Assembly: GCA_018304635.1 (NCBI GenBank)
Contig: JAGVVW010000001.1
Location: 43,693 to 107,692 of the forward strand
Source: Candidatus Aenigmatarchaeota archaeon
GTDB taxonomy: Archaea > Aenigmatarchaeota > Aenigmatarchaeia > GW2011-AR5 > JACRMX01
Direction: 5' to 3'
Length of the DNA stretch: 64,000 nucleotides
A model generated the notes under the pieces. The model saw nothing but the letters and a program-made list of their open reading frames with translations. It ran no database searches and was not told where the DNA came from. Position numbers and translations under genes: made by a program. Positions 10,665 through 19,981 of this stretch are shown here, piece after piece; within the stretch, counting starts at the first letter, position 1; every line of letters begins with the position of its first letter.

Positions 10665-11492
10665 TCAGAATGCTGCTTCCAGATATGCAGCTAAAATTAT
10701 CAAAACTTCTGCTATCACCAGGAAAATTATCGAGTCCTTGAAAATGTTTTTGAATTTTTTTGACAGTGTTTTTTCTCGTATTATTCCTATGGAAAGTATG
10801 CCTCCTGCAATTCCTGCAAAGAAATATGCCAATATTTCAGGAATTCCATGGAGTGCTATTGCTCCGAGGCCCATAGGAATGCCAAAAAGATATGCCTGAA
10901 TCGGATGCGTACCTGCAGCTATCATACTCTTCATGACACCGCCAAGATAAACTGCAATTATAGATGCATTCCATGCCAGAACAAAAATAGCGCCTGCTCC
11001 AAATATAAGGGAAAGCACAAAACTCAGCAGCATCGTCTGTGAGTTGTTGCAAACGTATTTTGAAAAGTTATCTGAACCGCATAATCCATCACCACCTCCG
11101 GTTACATGGCCTGTTACGAAAGACCTTAATGTGTTGTTCTGCAAATCAAATGCATGGATATCAGGAAAGAATACGTATACGAAACTTGACGCGACTATAA
11201 TTCCCAGAAAAAATAGTGTATAAAGAACTATAGCATCTTTGTGGCGAAAAAATAGGTTAGGGTGAATCGGGCTTGAATATAATCTGTCTTTTTTTTCTTC
11301 TTTTGAAAATACCTTGAAAAATATCGGGATGAACAGTATCGTTATGAATGCCAGTGAAAGTATGGATGCTGCTGCCGGGAAAATTTTCCACGCAAAAAAT
11401 ATGGATATGGTTGTATATATAACAGCGAGAAAAAACATATGCAGTGGTTTTTTCAGTATGTTTTTCGGGTTGAGAATTGATTCAAGTACCAT
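10665..11492 (-). CDS. SpoIIM/DUF95 membrane protein
   Basis: Multi-TM; NN...WNASII, LHGIPEILAY. Confidence 0.88.
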   Translation of the reverse strand: MVLESILNPKNILKKPLHMFFLAVIYTTISIFFAWKIFPAAASILSLAFITILFIPIFFKVFSKEEKKDRLYSSPIHPNLFFRHKDAIVLYTLFFLGIIVASSFVYVFFPDIHAFDLQNNTLRSFVTGHVTGGGDGLCGSDNFSKYVCNNSQTMLLSFVLSLIFGAGAIFVLAWNASIIAVYLGGVMKSMIAAGTHPIQAYLFGIPMGLGAIALHGIPEILAYFFAGIAGGILSIGIIREKTLSKKFKNIFKDSIIFLVIAEVLIILAAYLEAAF

Positions 11493-11513
11493 GATAATAA
11501 TTTTCAGGGCTGC

Positions 11514-12452
11514 TTAAAAAAGGTGTAGAAGTTTCTTCAGGTTTCTATATTCCATGAGAATTAACTCTATCATAGGTCGTATGTTTCCGGTTTCCTGATA
11601 GTTTCTCAAAGCATCATAGTAGTTATGCCTGTTTTCCAGCTCTATATTTACCGGTGGCTTGTTATGGCGAATAAGAATATTATTGAGCAGAAGCCTGCCT
11701 ACTCTACCATTACCATCGGCAAAAGGATGTATGGTCTCGAACTGATTATGCACCACAACCGCAAGCACGATAGGTGGATATTTCTTCTTGTTTTTATTGT
11801 ACCATGAAACCATATCTTTAATCAGCTTAATGATCATATGGGAAGGGGCGCCCTTGTGAATTATCCTTCCCTGCCCATCGACAACAGCGACCTCTTGGCC
11901 ATTTTCACGAAAATTGCCGGCAAATGGTTTTGAGTTACGGAAGCAGGCTTTATGAAGATCTTTCATGAGCTCCAAAGACAGATGCATCCTTGTATTTCTT
12001 ATCAGTTGTATTGCATCCTTGACACCATATGTTTCGGATATCTCCCACCTTTCTCTTCCAAGCGGCCACACCTTGCTTTCCAAAATTTCTTTTACTTCGG
12101 TAAATGTAACAGAAGAACCCTCAATTGCGTTAGTATTGTAGACAAAAGATTTCACGAATGTCTGCCAGTCATCCTCGCTCAGATGCTTTATTTTTATATC
12201 GCCTTTAGCTTCCAATGTTTTGATTTCCTCGGTTTCAATCGTATTGAGCGAATGCCTGAAAGGGTCTGAAATTACTTCGTACGCTTTGATTCTTTCCCTG
12301 ATAATTTGCTCGGCAGAAGGTCGCTTTTTCATGATAGCCTTGATATCTGCGCCTAAATAAATCCTTATTTTCTTAACTTTTCCGCTTACTCTCAGGGCAT
12401 GGGCAAGATAATACTTCGTTTTCCTGCCGACAAGCCTTTTTTCGATATGCAT
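11514..12452 (-). CDS. Fic-domain protein
   Basis: HPFADGNGRVGR motif; TNAIEGS. Confidence 0.95.
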   Translation of the reverse strand: MHIEKRLVGRKTKYYLAHALRVSGKVKKIRIYLGADIKAIMKKRPSAEQIIRERIKAYEVISDPFRHSLNTIETEEIKTLEAKGDIKIKHLSEDDWQTFVKSFVYNTNAIEGSSVTFTEVKEILESKVWPLGRERWEISETYGVKDAIQLIRNTRMHLSLELMKDLHKACFRNSKPFAGNFRENGQEVAVVDGQGRIIHKGAPSHMIIKLIKDMVSWYNKNKKKYPPIVLAVVVHNQFETIHPFADGNGRVGRLLLNNILIRHNKPPVNIELENRHNYYDALRNYQETGNIRPMIELILMEYRNLKKLLHLF

Positions 12453-12462
12453 GATTATAATA

Positions 12463-12516
12463 GGTGACTACAAATTTAAATATTTATGCATATGGGTGAC
12501 TACAAATGTAGTCACC
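12463..12516. promoter_or_regulatory. Operator-like repeats upstream of fic
   Basis: GGTGACTACAAAT twice plus palindrome GGTGACTACA-AA-TGTAGTCACC, around a TTTAAATA box. Confidence 0.6.
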
Positions 12517-12593
12517 TATGATAGTATCAATTGTTCTTTGAACTTATCTGAAGGACATATATTCAAAAATTTATGTTCTTCAGTATATATGAC

Positions 12594-12720
12594 ATATGAA
12601 TGCAATTATTATATTTTCGAAATCTTTCCAGGATTTCGGAAATTGGAAATTCGACAGAATTTCCAAAATCGTGAATTGCCATGTTTTATGCGACATAAGT
12701 TACGCAATTCACAATATATT
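12594..12720. repeat. MITE-like hairpin repeat, family R3 copy a
   Basis: About 125 bp homologous to 60355-60490. Confidence 0.9.
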
Positions 12721-12792
12721 TACAGAACATACGCGTGAATATCTTTAAAATAGTATTAACACGCTAATACAATTAATATTATCATACAAATA

Positions 12793-13380
12793 TTGAAGCT
12801 GATTATGATCATGAATGAATTTTACGACATGAAGGAAAATGAAGTGCTTGTGCCAGAAGGTAAAGAACAAACAGACGCCAAAGGCGTCAAGATTTTTCTA
12901 GTAAGCGACATGCACTTTGACCACGAGAATATCATAAAGTATTGTAACAGTCCATTCAAGTCAAAAGATGAAATGAACAATGTTATGATCGGTAACTGGA
13001 ATTCTGTTGTTGGCAACTCTGATACTATATACATTCTTGGTGATGTAACATTCGGGCGTGGCCATAAGCCTATTGATTATTGGATGGATAAATTGAAAGG
13101 AAACAAATTCCTGATCAAGGGAAACCATGACAAAGACAAACTCATAAAAGCAACTAAAATTGCAAACGAAACGATACTGGAATATAGTGGCTGGAAATTC
13201 CTGCTCATGCACGAGCCCAAAAGGCCTACTAACTGAAAGAATTGGATAATCCACGGCGACAAGCACAATCACGATCCAGTCAATTTTCCGATGGTCAACT
13301 GCAAAAGGAAGACAATCAACGTGTGCGTTGAGCTTATAGGCTATGCGCCTATTTTGCTGGATGACCTGATAAAGAGTTGT
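12793..13380 (+). pseudogene. Calcineurin-like metallophosphoesterase with in-frame TGA (13234-13236)
   Basis: SDMHFDH, LGD, GNHD, MHEP; continues in frame N*KNWIIHGDKH...INVCVELIGYAPI. Confidence 0.85.
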
Positions 13381-13458
13381 AGAAAGGGTAATTGCGTTAA
13401 GTGTTGTACGTATATTTTTTCTTTTCATAAGGGCTTTCTTTTTTGAAAAATTTTATAG

Positions 13459-13506
13459 ATCAAATACCCTATGCTAAAGCATGTGGTATTTTTGAATGTA
13501 AAATAA
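13459..13506. repeat. Hairpin repeat R4 copy a, resembling an IS200/IS605-type end
   Basis: atcaaataccctatgctaaagcatgtggtatttttgaatgtaaaataaa; deleted copy at 37472-37514. Confidence 0.8.
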
Positions 13507-13510
13507 AGGA

Positions 13511-13537
13511 AAGGGCTTTTGCACAGCCCGAACAAAC
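13511..13537 (+). repeat. Left 27-bp direct repeat of TA cassette
   Basis: aagggcttttgcacagcccgaacaaac; one mismatch to 14751-14777. Confidence 0.9.
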
Positions 13538-13570
13538 GAGTAATGGAATGCAACCGTAAGATTTAAATAC

Positions 13571-13610
13571 TATTACAAATAAGTAATAGTTATATTACAA
13601 ATAAGTAATA
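13571..13610. promoter_or_regulatory. Tandem palindromic operator for MNT-HEPN operon
   Basis: TATTACAAATAAGTAATA twice directly after a TTTAAATA box. Confidence 0.7.
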
Positions 13611-13621
13611 TTACAATTACG

Positions 13622-14215
13622 ATGTGGTGCTCAATGAATAACAACCTAAAGGTATTAAAGCTGTTTGTGGATAACAAAGACAAGAAATTTACAATAAAAA
13701 ACGTGGCTGAAATTCTTAAAATGAATTACAGGATCGCTCATGAAGAAGTGATGGAGCTGGAAAAAGAAAATTTAATCAAAATTACAAAGTTCGGAAACTC
13801 CAACATGTGCGAATTTAGCTACGAATTCAGCAGTAAAATAGTTGAAATTGAGGATATCAGGAAAAACGAACTATTCAAAAATAAAGATATCAAACTAATT
13901 CACAAAAGAATAAAAGAGGTCAAATGCCCTTTTTATATTCTTGTTATTTTTGGTTCGCATGCAAATACAACAAATACCAAACATTCTGATATTGATTTGT
14001 GTCTGATAACAGATGATTCAGAAATCAATGAACAGGCAAATACAATATTAAGCATAACTCCTGTAAATATTCATTTTCAGGAATTCACCTCGGAAGATTT
14101 TTTATCCATGATAAAAAGCAAGAAATCCAATGTCGGCAACGAAATAATTAAAAACAATATAGTTTTATACGGAATCGAGAATTTTTATGAGTTGGTGAAT
14201 AATGTTAAGCAATAA
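13622..14215 (+). CDS. wHTH + minimal nucleotidyltransferase (MNT) antitoxin
   Basis: IFGSHA...SDIDL; N-terminal HTH. Confidence 0.9.
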   Translation: MWCSMNNNLKVLKLFVDNKDKKFTIKNVAEILKMNYRIAHEEVMELEKENLIKITKFGNSNMCEFSYEFSSKIVEIEDIRKNELFKNKDIKLIHKRIKEVKCPFYILVIFGSHANTTNTKHSDIDLCLITDDSEINEQANTILSITPVNIHFQEFTSEDFLSMIKSKKSNVGNEIIKNNIVLYGIENFYELVNNVKQ

Positions 14216-14717
14216 ACGAATTGAGGAAGCCGAATATAATGTGAAATCATATTTGGCAGAAGGTCTGATTAAAAAAGAGCCATTCAAAAACATAGTTTTT
14301 GACACGTATGTTAGAAATCACAGAGAGTCGATAATTGTCGCAAAGAAGATTTTTAATGAAAATCTTTCCAATTTGTGGGTTGTTGTTACAAGCTATTACT
14401 CAATGTTTTATGTTGCAAATGCATTGCTTTATAAGTTGGGTTATAAGGTCGGGCCGAAAGTTGCTCACAAAGTAACTTCTGATGCTTTGATAGTTTTTGT
14501 GAGAAAAAAGTTAAAAGATAGTCTTATCGATGATTATGAAATTGCAGTCAATGAAGCTATGGTACTGTCGGATAATTTGCTGGAAAATTATAATCTGGAG
14601 AGAATCAAGCGTTCATTGTTTCAATATGAAACGACTGAAGAAATAAAAATAGCTAAAGCAAAAACATCTTTAGCAAGGGCAGAAGAGTTCAGCAAAGAAA
14701 TTGAGAAGATGTTGTAG
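14202..14717 (+). CDS. HEPN-domain toxin
   Basis: SYYSMFY, H, R...QY; overlaps the MNT gene. Confidence 0.88.
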   Translation: MLSNKRIEEAEYNVKSYLAEGLIKKEPFKNIVFDTYVRNHRESIIVAKKIFNENLSNLWVVVTSYYSMFYVANALLYKLGYKVGPKVAHKVTSDALIVFVRKKLKDSLIDDYEIAVNEAMVLSDNLLENYNLERIKRSLFQYETTEEIKIAKAKTSLARAEEFSKEIEKML

Positions 14718-14750
14718 GATACTGAATTTGAGAAATATAACAGAAAAAGA

Positions 14751-14777
14751 AAGGTCTTTTGCACAGCCCGAACAAAC
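14751..14777 (+). repeat. Right 27-bp direct repeat of TA cassette
   Basis: aaggtcttttgcacagcccgaacaaac. Confidence 0.9.
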
Positions 14778-14958
14778 CAAAAAATGGCTTTGCCATAGAC
14801 TTGAAGCCATTTTAGGCTGCAAATAAAATACTCTATGATATCGTGGGGTATTTGATTTACAGTAAAAGAAACGTGTTTCACATTTTCATATCATTTGGCA
14901 AAGTTTCAGCTATGTGAATGAGCAACTGAAAAATTCACTCTGTGCTTCCAGTGGTTTT

Positions 14959-16353
14959 TTATTTCTTGTCCTGAACATACTGTTTTCCCGCCTTCAATGC
15001 AGTTTCAGCTTTCTGCAATTCACTGCCTACGTAAAGCGCATGCGATATCTGAGATACACGAAATTCCAGTTCCATTTTTTTGCACAGCTCTTCTGCTGTT
15101 TCCCCATAAAAGCTTTCAATTGATTTTCCGTCTGGAGACTGGTGTGTAACTTTTATTTTTCTATTTTCAACTACAATTAGAAAATTTCCCCTTGGATCAC
15201 CTGTCATGTCATGTATTACGGGGTTCTCTTTCAATATTTTTTCTGCCTTTAAAAAATCATTGCTATAGATGTGGCTACTGCCGCTTATTGTCGTTAAAGT
15301 GCCCATTGTAAAACCGGCTTCGTCTGCTATTATTTTCTGAAGCTTTCTGAGGCCAAAAGCATTCAGAGGCCATGCATTGAACATATCGTTGCTTCGTATA
15401 TACGATGTCATATGAAGCTTATCCTGAATTAAAACATGAACCATGTTCATGCAGGGGCTGTGTGTTTCCTTTGTATCTTTTTCAACACACCACGTAAAGG
15501 CTATTGCTGCCCGTGAATAGCTGGATTTTTTTAAATCATCTATTATATATTTTATCTGGTCAATGCTATTATAATCACGAAGCCTCTGTCCATATGTATA
15601 TGAAATATCCGGAAACTTTTCCGGTGTAGTTATTTTCGGTATATATGCATCCAGTGCCTGTTTGTTGAATAGCATATATTCAGGAATTTTCGGTTTATCT
15701 GCATCCTCATCAATGATTATAGCACAAACGTTTATCAGTTCTTTTATATCATCTGAATATCTACTTTTTTTAACATAACCGAATCGCATTAAAAGCGATA
15801 AAATCTCGCGCCATGCATCACTAATGAATTTTTTTCTTATTTTGAAAACCATAGGATCTGTTGGGTAGACATCTGGTTGCCTGAATATTTTTTCCGGGAA
15901 AATTTCAGCCTCCCCATATGGTTTTGATTCTGGTAATGATCTTATTAATTTGTTCAATTCTGATAAATCATGAATGCCTCGCTTGTCATAAACAATTACA
16001 TTGCACCTCAGGTTCTCCAGTGCAACAGCAGGTATTTCTTTGTCTATTGAAATTTCAGTGCCTGTGATTTTATTTTCCCTGTCAACACCTTCCGTGAAAA
16101 ATTTTATCAAATACTCTCCGCTTTTGGTTATATCTATGCCAGTTATGATAAGATGTCTTATATCTTTGTTTGCAAGCAAGTTTCGTATAATTGCGTTTAT
16201 GCCTTCATCTTTTGAATACAATTGCCCTATTGCTGAATATGGCTCTGATAGCTGACTTAACACTTTTTCCTTCGGTGTCCAAAGCGTTATTATTGCAATA
16301 CCTTTTTTAGAATCAGAAACATCAATAAGCTCTTTGAAATACACGGGCTGCAT
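14959..16353 (-). CDS. thyA: Thymidylate synthase fused to an MtrA-like N-domain and a DUF4346-like C-domain
   Basis: YTYGQRL, SPC, RSNDMFNAWPLN, SSHIY; N-terminal TLWT...GINAIIRNLLAN; C-terminal DPRGNF...HALYVGSELQKAE...YVQD. Confidence 0.88.
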   Translation of the reverse strand: MQPVYFKELIDVSDSKKGIAIITLWTPKEKVLSQLSEPYSAIGQLYSKDEGINAIIRNLLANKDIRHLIITGIDITKSGEYLIKFFTEGVDRENKITGTEISIDKEIPAVALENLRCNVIVYDKRGIHDLSELNKLIRSLPESKPYGEAEIFPEKIFRQPDVYPTDPMVFKIRKKFISDAWREILSLLMRFGYVKKSRYSDDIKELINVCAIIIDEDADKPKIPEYMLFNKQALDAYIPKITTPEKFPDISYTYGQRLRDYNSIDQIKYIIDDLKKSSYSRAAIAFTWCVEKDTKETHSPCMNMVHVLIQDKLHMTSYIRSNDMFNAWPLNAFGLRKLQKIIADEAGFTMGTLTTISGSSHIYSNDFLKAEKILKENPVIHDMTGDPRGNFLIVVENRKIKVTHQSPDGKSIESFYGETAEELCKKMELEFRVSQISHALYVGSELQKAETALKAGKQYVQDKK

Positions 16354-16419
16354 GATAGGAATATGATGGAAATGTTTTAAAAACATGGGTTTAAAAACAT
16401 ATTGTTAATATTTCATTAT

Positions 16420-17457
16420 ATGGCTGGTATTGTTGGTTATGGTGCTTATATACCAAAATTAAGAATAAAGGTTGAAGAAATAGCCAGGGTTTGGGAACAG
16501 GATCCTGAAAATATAAAAAACGGACTGTCAATAACTGAAAAATCTGTTCCTGATAAAGATGAAGATACGATTACTATTAGTGTTGAAGCTGCAAGAAATG
16601 CATTGAAAAGAGCTGAAATAGATCCGCAGGATATAGGAGCTGTCTTTGTTGGCTCTGAAAGCCACCCATATACAGTAAAGCCATCAGGGACTGTTGTTAT
16701 TGATGCATTAGGCATTGGTCCTGATGTTTCGTGTGTTGACACTGAATTTGCATGCAGGGCTGGATCAACCAACATTTTTATAGTTCTTGGTCTTGTAAAA
16801 GCCGGGATGATAAAATATGGGTTGGCTATAGGTGCTGACACATCCCAGGGAAGGCCTGGTGATGCGTTGGAATACACTGCTGCTGCAGGCGGTGCTGCTT
16901 TTATCATCGGAAATAAAAACGTAGCTGCTGAGATCACGGATCATTATTCATTTATCACAGACACCCCGGATTTTTACAGGCGTGAAGGTAACGATTATCC
17001 AACGCATGCAGGTCGTTTTACAGGCGAGCCTGCCTATTTTAAGCATGTATTATCAGCTGCAAAAAATTTGATGGAAAAAAATGAAACAAAACCAACGGAT
17101 TTTGATTATTGTATTTTTCATATGCCGAATGGAAAGTTTCCTGTAAGAGCTGCAAAATTATTGGGTTTTTCAAAAGATCAGATTGAACAATCATTGGTTG
17201 TTAAAAAAATAGGAAATACATATTCAGGATCCAGCCTGCTTGGTTTGACTAATGTTCTGGATATTTCAAAACCTGACCAGAAAATTTTAATGGTTTCTTA
17301 CGGATCAGGAGCTGGATCAGATGCCTTTATTATAAAAACAACGAAGTTTATTGAGAAAATAAGAAACATGGCTCCTTTAACTGAAAATTACATTAAAAAC
17401 AAAAAATACATTGATTATGGAACTTATGTGAAGTTAAGGGGAAAATTGAAAAGATAG
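16420..17457 (+). CDS. Archaeal HMG-CoA synthase
   Basis: [42 protein letters not shown]. Confidence 0.97.
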   Translation: MAGIVGYGAYIPKLRIKVEEIARVWEQDPENIKNGLSITEKSVPDKDEDTITISVEAARNALKRAEIDPQDIGAVFVGSESHPYTVKPSGTVVIDALGIGPDVSCVDTEFACRAGSTNIFIVLGLVKAGMIKYGLAIGADTSQGRPGDALEYTAAAGGAAFIIGNKNVAAEITDHYSFITDTPDFYRREGNDYPTHAGRFTGEPAYFKHVLSAAKNLMEKNETKPTDFDYCIFHMPNGKFPVRAAKLLGFSKDQIEQSLVVKKIGNTYSGSSLLGLTNVLDISKPDQKILMVSYGSGAGSDAFIIKTTKFIEKIRNMAPLTENYIKNKKYIDYGTYVKLRGKLKR

Positions 17458-17530
17458 AAAATGTTATGGTGAATAATTATAAAAGAAAGGTGTTTACTAA
17501 AGGAGAAAAATAAATATTGTGTATAAATAT

Positions 17531-17652
17531 GGCAGCGAAGCTGCCAAGAAAAGGAAGAGGTTAAACAACTTGACGCATTTTGATAAGTCAAAAACAAAAT
17601 GCGTCTTTCGGTTTGGAGAAACCCTGGTTTCTCCTAGAAAGAAAGGTTAGAG
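17531..17652 (+). repeat. Modular palindromic repeat, family R1 copy b with extra GCAGCGAAGCTGC module
   Basis: Homologous to 3914-3996; ends aaggttagagtATG at the thiolase start. Confidence 0.93.
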
Positions 17653-17653
17653 T

Positions 17654-18796
17654 ATGGTTCATATATTAAGCGGGTATCAGACCAGATTTGGCGAGATTTG
17701 GAATTCATCATTGAAGAACTTAATACAGGAATCTGGGTTTGGTGCTATAAAAAATAGTGGTATTGACAAGAAAGATATAGACAATGTTTTCATTGGAAAC
17801 ATGGCTGGTGGTAAATACACAGGCCAGGAACATTTAGGTGCGTTAACTACAACATCATTAGGATTAAGTGTTCCGTCTGTGCACTGTGAAGCTGCATGTG
17901 CATCAGGTGCTGTTGCATTTCAGCAGGCTTATTATAAAATAAAATCAGGTGAAAGTAGAGTAGCGCTGGTTGTTGGCGCTGAAAAAATGACTGATGTTAT
18001 TGGTGATGAAGCTGTTTCTATTTTAATGGGTGCGGGTGACAGTGAAACAGAATCTTTTATAGGTCTTCCATTCAGTGGATTATATGCATTGATGGCTAAA
18101 ATTCATATGAATAAATTCGGGACAACATCAGAACAACTTGCAAATGTTTCTGTGATAAATCATAAACATGGCACGAATAATAAACTGGCTCAGTTTAATA
18201 CAGAAATCACTATTAGGAACGTGTTGGAGTCAACGATGATAGCTGATCCTCTTCATCTACTTGATTGTTCACCGCTAACAGATGGAGCAGCTGCTGTTAT
18301 ATTGACTTCTGACGATATTGCTAAAGAATACGACAATCCTATTAAAGTAAAAGCCTGTGCTTGTTTTACAGACACATTAGCCTTGTACAAAAGAGAATCA
18401 TTATTTAAATTAAAATCAGCTATAAAAGCGGGTGAAAACGTGTTTAAGGATTCCGGGCTTAAAACAAGAGATATTGATGTATTAGAGGTTCATGATTGTT
18501 TTTCAATAAACGAAATTTTGTGTTTAGAAGCTTTAGGATTTTGTAAAGAAGGCAGGGGTGGAAGGTTTGTTGAAGACGATGAAATATCTTTAGATGGTTC
18601 AATACCAACAAACACAACCGGTGGATTAAAGTCATGCGGACATCCTGTTGGTGCTACTGGTGTCAGGCAAATACTTGATGTTGTAAATCAAATACAAGGC
18701 AAATCAATAAACCAAGTCAAAGCGAAAAACGGGCTTTGTCTGAATATTGGAGGAAGCGGTGCAACAGCTGTTGCACATATTTTTGGGGTCGAGTAA
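17654..18796 (+). CDS. Acetoacetyl-CoA thiolase (archaeal type)
   Basis: EAACASG, EVHDCF, GGLKSCGHPVGATG. Confidence 0.96.
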   Translation: MVHILSGYQTRFGEIWNSSLKNLIQESGFGAIKNSGIDKKDIDNVFIGNMAGGKYTGQEHLGALTTTSLGLSVPSVHCEAACASGAVAFQQAYYKIKSGESRVALVVGAEKMTDVIGDEAVSILMGAGDSETESFIGLPFSGLYALMAKIHMNKFGTTSEQLANVSVINHKHGTNNKLAQFNTEITIRNVLESTMIADPLHLLDCSPLTDGAAAVILTSDDIAKEYDNPIKVKACACFTDTLALYKRESLFKLKSAIKAGENVFKDSGLKTRDIDVLEVHDCFSINEILCLEALGFCKEGRGGRFVEDDEISLDGSIPTNTTGGLKSCGHPVGATGVRQILDVVNQIQGKSINQVKAKNGLCLNIGGSGATAVAHIFGVE

Positions 18797-18926
18797 AGAA
18801 AAGTAGTGCTATGACATTTTGGAAATAAAGTTATGAATATTAAATGAGAAAGGCTTAAGAAAAGAAAAATAATATCATGAAATTTGGAAATAATATGCAA
18901 TGAAATTGCCAAAATATTTTTCTTTG

Positions 18927-19070
18927 GTGAACTTAAGCTTTTTTTCGAAAGCAAAACTTTCGAAAAACACGAGATGTGCTGAACGCATGATGCAGCTTCG
19001 CTGCATCTTTCGGTTCCTTCGGCTGTCGTCAGATTTTTGGAAAATTTTCAAAGAAAAAGAAAGGTTAGGA
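18927..19070 (+). repeat. Modular palindromic repeat, family R2 copy b
   Basis: Homologous to 5615-5700; ends gaaaggttaggagtATG at the DUF35 start. Confidence 0.92.
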
Positions 19071-19072
19071 GT

Positions 19073-19486
19073 ATGTCAATACCGATGTATCATAGAATGA
19101 AATTTGAACGATATAAGTTACATGGAAGTATGTGTAAAAAATGTAAAATTATTTCCTACCCTATTGAAAATTTATGCAGCAAATGTGGTGAAAAATCTGA
19201 CATAATAGAACTACCTACAACAGGTATTGTAATATCGAATACAACAATATATGTATCACCTAAAGGATTTGATGCACCATATTCTATAGCTTTAGTGAAA
19301 TTGGATGTGAAAGAGAAAAAATTCAAGGCTTTGGACGATATGATAATACCAGTAAATGATGTGATAATACCAGTACAGACAACTGAAAAGGTTGAAATCG
19401 GTGATGTAGTTTGTGCTACATTCAGAAAAATATCTGAAAGTGAAAATGGCGTGATTAACTATGGTTTGAAATTTGAGAAAGTATAG
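19073..19486 (+). CDS. DUF35 Zn-ribbon/OB-fold scaffold protein
   Basis: CKKC..YP...CSKCG, PY.IALVKL, FRKI...GVINYGLKF. Confidence 0.93.
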   Translation: MSIPMYHRMKFERYKLHGSMCKKCKIISYPIENLCSKCGEKSDIIELPTTGIVISNTTIYVSPKGFDAPYSIALVKLDVKEKKFKALDDMIIPVNDVIIPVQTTEKVEIGDVVCATFRKISESENGVINYGLKFEKV

Positions 19487-19489
19487 TAA

Positions 19490-19980
19490 TTTTCAGACAT
19501 TCATTGCAAACTTGATGAATGTGTAAGTGACCCTGTTATTTCTTCTGGAGATTTTTATTTTACATTCGAAATACCATGTATTTTATGATATTTTAGAATA
19601 ATAATCTTGAAAATGATGTAATTGACTGATATGCGTATTTGACAATTTTCTGGTAACTATACTATAACATTGTTATCTAAAAATAGTATTATATATACGA
19701 TTTCCATGAGAAATGTGGGGGTGAGCATTATATTATCTGAACTGTTGTTTCCAATGGAAATGATTGAATTTCTATTTTGGCGTCTGGAAAATCTTAAATA
19801 GGTTCCATGAGAAGTAATGGTTATATTTGATTTTGAGTTTTTTCGAGTGTTGGGTGTTTATAATTGAATTTATATAAGAAATTATTTGAAGATTATAGTG
19901 ATTGAGTTCACAAAACGGACTCAATCAAAATATACCTCAGAAACTTAATAGAAATACTAATAACATGATTTGGTGATATG
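19490..19980. other. Probable replication origin (ORB-like boxes upstream of cdc6)
   Basis: AT-rich 490-bp gap with TTTCCATGAGAAATGTGGGGG (19701), TTTCCAATGGAAA (19748), GTTCCATGAGAAG (19802). Confidence 0.65.
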
Positions 19981-19981
19981 A

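Noticed and set aside
12961-13428. 155-aa minus-strand ORF
   Set aside because: Antisense shadow of the phosphoesterase pseudogene
3914-19070. Canonical integron attC array (AAC...GTTRRR ends)
   Set aside because: Neighbours are housekeeping genes in mixed orientation, the elements are multi-hairpin rather than one attC stem, and no integrase is present; kept only as a loose analogy
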